IMG/VR virus record: IMGVR_UViG_3300044727_000045
Origin: an uncultured virus (IMG/VR IMGVR_UViG_3300044727_000045)
Lineage: Duplodnaviria > Heunggongvirae > Uroviricota > Caudoviricetes
Reading direction: 5' to 3' (one strand)
DNA length: 64,000 bases
The notes under the pieces were generated by a model. It was not told the DNA's origin. It searched no databases and worked only from the letters and a program-made list of their open reading frames with translations. The translations under genes and the position numbers were made by a program. Below, one piece after another: positions 58,813-64,000 of this stretch. The stretch's first letter is position 1. Each line of letters opens with the position of its first letter.

Positions 58813-60263
58813 GATTCCTGGTAATTGACTTTGAAATCATCGAACGCGGTGGGATAAACCGCATTGTCGAAGGATTGCAGTATGGTCTAGAAGCTATCGG
58901 GTGCACGTTCGATTACTTTTGGGCCAGTAAGGCCGGCAGGGTACGCAGCCTAAGCCAGACGGCCCCTACGATGGTCAATAGCAGGTACTACCGCTTACCT
59001 GCTAAGCAACTACCGTACCGTGGCGATGAGGCGAGGAGGCAATATCGTACGCTCTTGCGCGACTACGATGTTGTCATGTTCATGTTGCCATGCCCGCACG
59101 ATATCAAGAGCAATACCGGGGATATGTCGTGGATGATGTTGTATCAGGAGGCCGCGGAGGCGGGGCTTCCGATTATGGTGATGATCCACGACAACCTGTG
59201 GGACACCTACTACCCGTGGTATCGCCAAGTATCGGACTTGGTGAGCCTACACATGTTTACATGTTATCAATCCAAATACGACTCCCTGGCGCGTCTGCCC
59301 GGACACTTCGTGTTTCTGCCCACCCCGTTGGACGTCAGTCAAGCGGCTTTGTACCATCCAGAGAAGACTGGATCTATTTGCTGGATGCCGCAATGGAAGA
59401 AGTGGAAAGGCATCTATCCTTTCATTAAGGCACTGCCACAGATAGAGCACCCTGTCGATATGTACAACGCCGGGATCGAGTACCACAATGCGCGGAATAA
59501 AGTGGGGGCGGGTTGGAAAGATGGCATCGGCCTCGACCATGTTGGTCGCCGTCGTGGCCGTGGGCGACCTGATCACCAATATTGGGGAGCACAATTACCT
59601 GCCGAGCTGCCTGGGATTTATCGTAGGCACAATATCAGCGTGGATCTTAGCGGTTCTATTGGTGGGCAAAGATTCGACGGACAGACATCCTGTGTTATGC
59701 TTGAGGCCATGCTGTACGGTTGCGTTTCGGCCGTTAGCACAAGGGTTCAGGAGCACCGATGGAGTCCCCTTTCCCAAGCCGATGTTACTTGGGGACTGCC
59801 CCCTTCACCTGACGGAATTGCAGAACGACTTAATGAACTGATGGCAGACACGCGCCTTCAAGCGCGTATAGCTTACAGGGCATTGGAGTTTGTACGGGAG
59901 TATAGCGATGCTAGGGTTCACGCGGAAACAATCCTCGATCATATCCAGAATCGAGAAGCATATGGACATACGCCTGGCATTGTTCTTCCTAGTTTCTGGG
60001 ATACTGTGTGTGATGATCCCGTTCCTGAAGTCATACTGTCTGAAAGACAAGACGAGTACGTCTCAAAGAACACCGCAGCCGTTGCCGTCCTGGGCGCAGG
60101 GGTAGACGAAGAGGAGCTAGACGAAGAGGCGCAGGAAGAAATTGCGGCTATGGGCAACGAAGCCTTACTGCAAGTCTTATCCTCACCACCATCAACGCCA
60201 GATGGGCGTTGGATCAAGTTTATCAGTGGCGTGGCACGGGCTTGGTTGGAGGCCTTCGAATGA
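58809..60263 (+). CDS. GT-B fold glycosyltransferase, putative DNA-modifying
   Basis: N-terminal GG loop (ERGGINR), IHD, QWKKWKG, MLEAMLYG. Confidence 0.8.
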   Translation: MRFLVIDFEIIERGGINRIVEGLQYGLEAIGCTFDYFWASKAGRVRSLSQTAPTMVNSRYYRLPAKQLPYRGDEARRQYRTLLRDYDVVMFMLPCPHDIKSNTGDMSWMMLYQEAAEAGLPIMVMIHDNLWDTYYPWYRQVSDLVSLHMFTCYQSKYDSLARLPGHFVFLPTPLDVSQAALYHPEKTGSICWMPQWKKWKGIYPFIKALPQIEHPVDMYNAGIEYHNARNKVGAGWKDGIGLDHVGRRRGRGRPDHQYWGAQLPAELPGIYRRHNISVDLSGSIGGQRFDGQTSCVMLEAMLYGCVSAVSTRVQEHRWSPLSQADVTWGLPPSPDGIAERLNELMADTRLQARIAYRALEFVREYSDARVHAETILDHIQNREAYGHTPGIVLPSFWDTVCDDPVPEVILSERQDEYVSKNTAAVAVLGAGVDEEELDEEAQEEIAAMGNEALLQVLSSPPSTPDGRWIKFISGVARAWLEAFE

Positions 60264-61261
60264 TTCCGCAGTACGCACCAGTAGATCTGCGCACCAAGAT
60301 CCTCAGCTTCAGAAAGGATGCAGTCAGGCTTAACCGTGGAGAGATGGTTGCCCCCACGATGGCTATTGTATATCCTACATATAGCTGCAATATGCGTTGC
60401 TTTGGCTGCATCTCTAACGCTGAGAATGCACACCCTGCTAGTCTTGGCATCGATCTCTTTGATGATTTCGTTAGTGACTTTAGCCAGATGGGCGGAGAGT
60501 CGTTGGAGTTTTCGGGAGGTGGTGAGCCCACTCTACATCCTAAGTTTGGTGACCTTATCGCTTCTGTTGCTCGGCGCGATCTACAGTTCGGAATGATTAC
60601 GAACGGAACCAAACCAGATGTTTGTGGGATTGCTTTGGCTTACCCTGGAACTCGCTACCTACGCATCAGTGTTTATACTGTTAACCAACTTGAGCACGTT
60701 AGACGAATTAGTCAGAAACGTGATGCTCTTGGTTCTACTTGTCGCATTGGTGGGAAAATCCTGCTTGGCAGCAGCAGCGTTCCAGCGCTCAAATTCCTTA
60801 CGGAGGAGATACTAGATGCAGGTGTCGACTTCGTCAGCATCAAAGCTAAGCGGCACTGCGCAGATGATCCTGAGGGGCTACCTGAGGATAGCAAGCAGCA
60901 TCTTGAGGCTACCCTTCAAGAGCTTAGAGATAGATGGCCCGGAAGAGTATTCGGTGGTATCACTAAGACTCACCAAGTTGGAACCTGCTGGCTCTCACCG
61001 CTACACACTGTGGTCGACGCACTTGGCATCGTGTGGGTGTGCTGTTACTATCAGGACCGAGTTGAGGATATCAGCATCGGCAGGCTTTCCGATGCTGCGG
61101 GAGGAAAGTTCCGAGATCTTTGGTATTCGCCCGCACACCGTGCCGCCATGCAAAGAGTTATCATTCCGGAGTGCGACTTCTACGACTGCCGATTCCATGT
61201 ATATCACGATGTGATGAACGAAGAGCTCAAAGATGATGCCTCCCATCTCGCATTCATATAA
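60260..61261 (+). CDS. radical SAM enzyme with SPASM/twitch domain
   Basis: CNMRCFGC, FSGGGEPTLHP, ITNG, C-terminal CWL...VCCY...C....C. Confidence 0.9.
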   Translation: MIPQYAPVDLRTKILSFRKDAVRLNRGEMVAPTMAIVYPTYSCNMRCFGCISNAENAHPASLGIDLFDDFVSDFSQMGGESLEFSGGGEPTLHPKFGDLIASVARRDLQFGMITNGTKPDVCGIALAYPGTRYLRISVYTVNQLEHVRRISQKRDALGSTCRIGGKILLGSSSVPALKFLTEEILDAGVDFVSIKAKRHCADDPEGLPEDSKQHLEATLQELRDRWPGRVFGGITKTHQVGTCWLSPLHTVVDALGIVWVCCYYQDRVEDISIGRLSDAAGGKFRDLWYSPAHRAAMQRVIIPECDFYDCRFHVYHDVMNEELKDDASHLAFI

Positions 61262-62177
61262 CCCGGAGAAAATGGATGCGTTCTGGAACTTCGTTGTAGA
61301 AAGACAGTCTGTATATCACAAGCGTATGGTACTTGGAGAACTGCCCCCATGGACACAGGATCCAGTGTTGCGGCAGTACTTCTTCACCAATGTGTACCGT
61401 GAGCTTGACAAGGGCACTGTCTTCCTCATCCGCAACATACTGCGGATACAGGATGACAAAGACATGCTGTTCGCCATCATGGTGTACAGACTCTTCAACG
61501 ACATAGATACCTTCAGGTTCCTGTGGCTGCGCTGCAAGCAAACCCGTTGGGGAGACTGGGATTGGGAGCGTGCGGCTCGGTACCTGGTGGCCTATGAGAA
61601 CCACGGTAATCGTGTATTTACGGATGCCTTTACGGTTACAGGCGTAAAGTTTGGCGGGTTTCCAGACAAAATCAGGAACATCTGCTGGCTGGTAGGCAAG
61701 CTGCAAAAGCAAACCCCCATACTGCTAGAACGTATCAAGTCTGCGAGGTCTCTGAAACGGGTATGGCAAATCTTCAATGACACAGAAGGATTTGGACGTT
61801 TCCTGGCCTATGAACTCGCAATTGACACTAATTATAGCAGACTCATTAACTTTAGCGAGAACGATTGGGTCAACGCAGGACCTGGCTGTAAACGTGGTAT
61901 CCAATGGATCTGGGGTGACCGTGACTCTGGTCACAAGTGGGAGGAGTATATCGTATATCTTCAAGCTAGACAGCGAGAGCATATCGAGCGAATTGGACGC
62001 TATGAAAGATGGCTTGAAGTCTATCCTGGTTATGACATGACCCTGCGCGGCGTAGAACACTCCCTGTGTGAGTTTCAGAAGTACGCACGCGCTCGGTACC
62101 ATGCTAATCCCGACGGCACGCCTAGTCGTTCGGCTACGCGCAAATACACTCCACAACTACAACCTGCACTCGTGTAA
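61233..62177 (+). CDS. aGPT-Pplase1 / 5-hmdU DNA kinase helical-domain family protein
   Basis: ERQSVY..R....PPWT.DPVL..Y.FTNVYRELD.GT, YRLFN, G.FLAYE...D, GPG..RG, EHSLCEFQKY. Confidence 0.85.
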   Translation: MMPPISHSYNPEKMDAFWNFVVERQSVYHKRMVLGELPPWTQDPVLRQYFFTNVYRELDKGTVFLIRNILRIQDDKDMLFAIMVYRLFNDIDTFRFLWLRCKQTRWGDWDWERAARYLVAYENHGNRVFTDAFTVTGVKFGGFPDKIRNICWLVGKLQKQTPILLERIKSARSLKRVWQIFNDTEGFGRFLAYELAIDTNYSRLINFSENDWVNAGPGCKRGIQWIWGDRDSGHKWEEYIVYLQARQREHIERIGRYERWLEVYPGYDMTLRGVEHSLCEFQKYARARYHANPDGTPSRSATRKYTPQLQPALV

Positions 62178-62197
62178 ACGATTTGTTACAATAGGGC

Positions 62198-62584
62198 ATG
62201 CAGGCTTTGCTAGGCGCGCTGATGGCTCTAGGTGTAGCGACCTCGTCCATGGCAGCCGAACAAGAGACATTGCGTGTCAGGGTTACGTTCTATACCCTTC
62301 GCGGCACGATGGCTAGTGGATCCTACACGCATAAAGATGCAGCAGCATGTTCAGATTGGCTACCTATGGGGACGAAGCTGATGTTCCCTGATGGCTGGAT
62401 TGTGACGTGTCTAGACCGGGGCATGGGCGACATTATATGGAACGCCCGCCGTACTGGACACGATGCCTGGGTAGACGTTTGGGCACCCTCCTATGCCTGG
62501 GGCATAAAGAACGTTGAGAGTGATTACGGGCAGACCACCCAGATGCAGATGGTACGGTGGGGGTGGGGTGATGCCGACTCCTAA
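62198..62584 (+). CDS. secreted 3D/RlpA-like domain protein
   Basis: signal peptide; VTFY..G.MASG, LPMGT, CLDRG, WVDVW. Confidence 0.75.
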   Translation: MQALLGALMALGVATSSMAAEQETLRVRVTFYTLRGTMASGSYTHKDAAACSDWLPMGTKLMFPDGWIVTCLDRGMGDIIWNARRTGHDAWVDVWAPSYAWGIKNVESDYGQTTQMQMVRWGWGDADS

Positions 62585-62646
62585 TGGGCTGATCTTGCCC
62601 TTTGAGTTCATGGATCAACAACTACAAGCCAAAGGTATAGAAGGAT

Positions 62647-63039
62647 ATGTCGACCCCCTTACAGGGCTCTTTGTGGTCCGAGACAACGAACCAGCTAGAC
62701 AGCTACTCACTACGCGCCAAGTACACCCCAGGAACTATTCTGGAAGTGCACGCAGACGCCCCACCAGGGAAGATCTGGTGTAAGCACTGCGAAACTTACC
62801 TGATGATTGGTGCAGAGTCGGTTAGTCACCAGAACATGGTACGCACTTCTCAGTTGTGTACCGCGTGTTCACAGTGGAACTATATCGACGAAGATCTTCG
62901 GATTGTGCACTCCCCGTCATGTGCAGTGAAGACCGGAGAAATGGTAAAATTGGCTATGGGCGGATCGCAAGCCAGGGGTACCGTAGTTCCTGATAGAGAT
63001 GCTACGCAAGAAGAAGCTGCTGCGTGGCCGCATGTCTAA
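62647..63039 (+). CDS. Cys-rich hypothetical protein
   Basis: CKHC, CTAC motifs; start ambiguous because of overlapping ORF 62571..62783. Confidence 0.5.
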   Translation: MSTPLQGSLWSETTNQLDSYSLRAKYTPGTILEVHADAPPGKIWCKHCETYLMIGAESVSHQNMVRTSQLCTACSQWNYIDEDLRIVHSPSCAVKTGEMVKLAMGGSQARGTVVPDRDATQEEAAAWPHV

Positions 63040-64000
63040 ATTCGTTCATCTGCATACCCACACTGAGTATAGCGTGCTAGACGGCTTAGCACGCATACCC
63101 GATCTGGTTGACAAGGCGAAGCGTGATGGGCAACAGGCACTCGCAATTACAGATCATGGACGCATGTCTGGAGTTCCTGAGTTTTACCAGGCATGCCGAA
63201 AGGCTGATGTTCGGCCTATTGTTGGACAGGAATTTTATCTTTGCGATGACTGTTCCGACCGCACCCGGACCATCGACCCAGAGACTGGTAAGAAAGAAGG
63301 CCCTAGGCGGCACCATCTGGTACTCTTGGCTCGAGACAGACGTGGGTATGAGATACTGTGCGAGCTTAGCAGTACCGCGAACGATCCTAGCCACTTTTAT
63401 TACAAGCCTCGTATTGATTACGGTACGCTGGAAGCTCTATCAAGGAAAGATAGACGCCATCTTATTGCCAGCTCAACTTGTCTCAATGGGCCAATACCTC
63501 AGCTCATTCTCGCAAACAAAAATGGCTCAGCGCTCGAACTAGCCCAATACTTCCGAGAGCTTTTCCCGTACTTCTATCTTGAACTACAGCGCCACGACTA
63601 CAACCAGAAGAAACAAGGCGACCGCAGGGCTAACGCGGACCAAGAGAAGGTTAATGACAAGCTCATCAGATGGAGCGAACGATACGGATTCCCATTGGTC
63701 ATCACCAATGATAGCCACTACGTTGAGCCAGCCCATCACTCCGTACATGACATCTGGTTGGCGTGCCAGACAGTATCGTTATGGCGGGATGCGACCCGGT
63801 TTCGCTTTGACGGTTCAGGATATCACCTCAAGACAACTAGGGAAATGCGAACACTCTGGGCGGATAGACCTGAGGTATGGGCAGCTAGCCAGCGAACTAT
63901 CCAGGCTTACACAGCAGATATACAACTCAGTATCCCAGAGTTGGAACAGCGAAGCTGGCACATCCCAGTGGCACCACGAGCAAACACAGAGATATCTTCT
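63032..64000 (+). CDS. dnaE: DNA polymerase III alpha subunit (PHP domain), truncated by window end; not in ORF track
   Basis: MSKFVHLHTHTEYSVLDG...ALAITDHG; ITNDSHY. Confidence 0.93.
   Translation, partial: MSKFVHLHTHTEYSVLDGLARIPDLVDKAKRDGQQALAITDHGRMSGVPEFYQACRKADVRPIVGQEFYLCDDCSDRTRTIDPETGKKEGPRRHHLVLLARDRRGYEILCELSSTANDPSHFYYKPRIDYGTLEALSRKDRRHLIASSTCLNGPIPQLILANKNGSALELAQYFRELFPYFYLELQRHDYNQKKQGDRRANADQEKVNDKLIRWSERYGFPLVITNDSHYVEPAHHSVHDIWLACQTVSLWRDATRFRFDGSGYHLKTTREMRTLWADRPEVWAASQRTIQAYTADIQLSIPELEQRSWHIPVAPRANTEISS

Noticed and set aside
63108..63542. ORF-track 144-aa protein
   Set aside because: Out-of-frame overlap of dnaE, which runs off the window end

Overview
The window is a contiguous piece of a large tailed-phage genome with a contractile (myovirus-type) tail; no host chromosomal genes, tRNAs, CRISPR array or integrase are visible. 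Left to right: (1) small early ORFs, then a ~1.4 kb non-coding region with two repeat families and a parS-like palindrome; (2) a GC-rich island (about 2.1-3.95 kb) lacking CCGG/CCWGG that encodes an Ala-rich Zn-ribbon protein; (3) a minus-strand block with an ECF-type sigma factor and a low-affinity iron permease family gene; (4) a ~41 kb morphogenesis operon: terminases, DUF935/Mu-like portal, prohead protease, decoration protein, capsid E, neck, PBSX/Xkd-like sheath, tube, chaperone, tape measure, hub with lytic domains, fibre cassette and baseplate; (5) a lysis cassette and two Pro/Thr-rich exported proteins; (6) a promoter-driven structured RNA; (7) replication genes (SF2 helicase, HTH protein, DnaB, primase, SSB, DnaE truncated by the window end); (8) a five-gene putative DNA hypermodification cluster (Nmad1/DUF1599-like, NDT/DNPH1-like, GT-B glycosyltransferase, radical SAM, aGPT-Pplase1/HMUDK-helical). 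A monoderm host, possibly Chloroflexota, is inferred. The best candidates for new biology are the modification cluster, the site-depleted island with its repeat arrays, the structured RNA and a possibly multi-subunit lysin. All calls are from motif recognition by eye; no searches were run.
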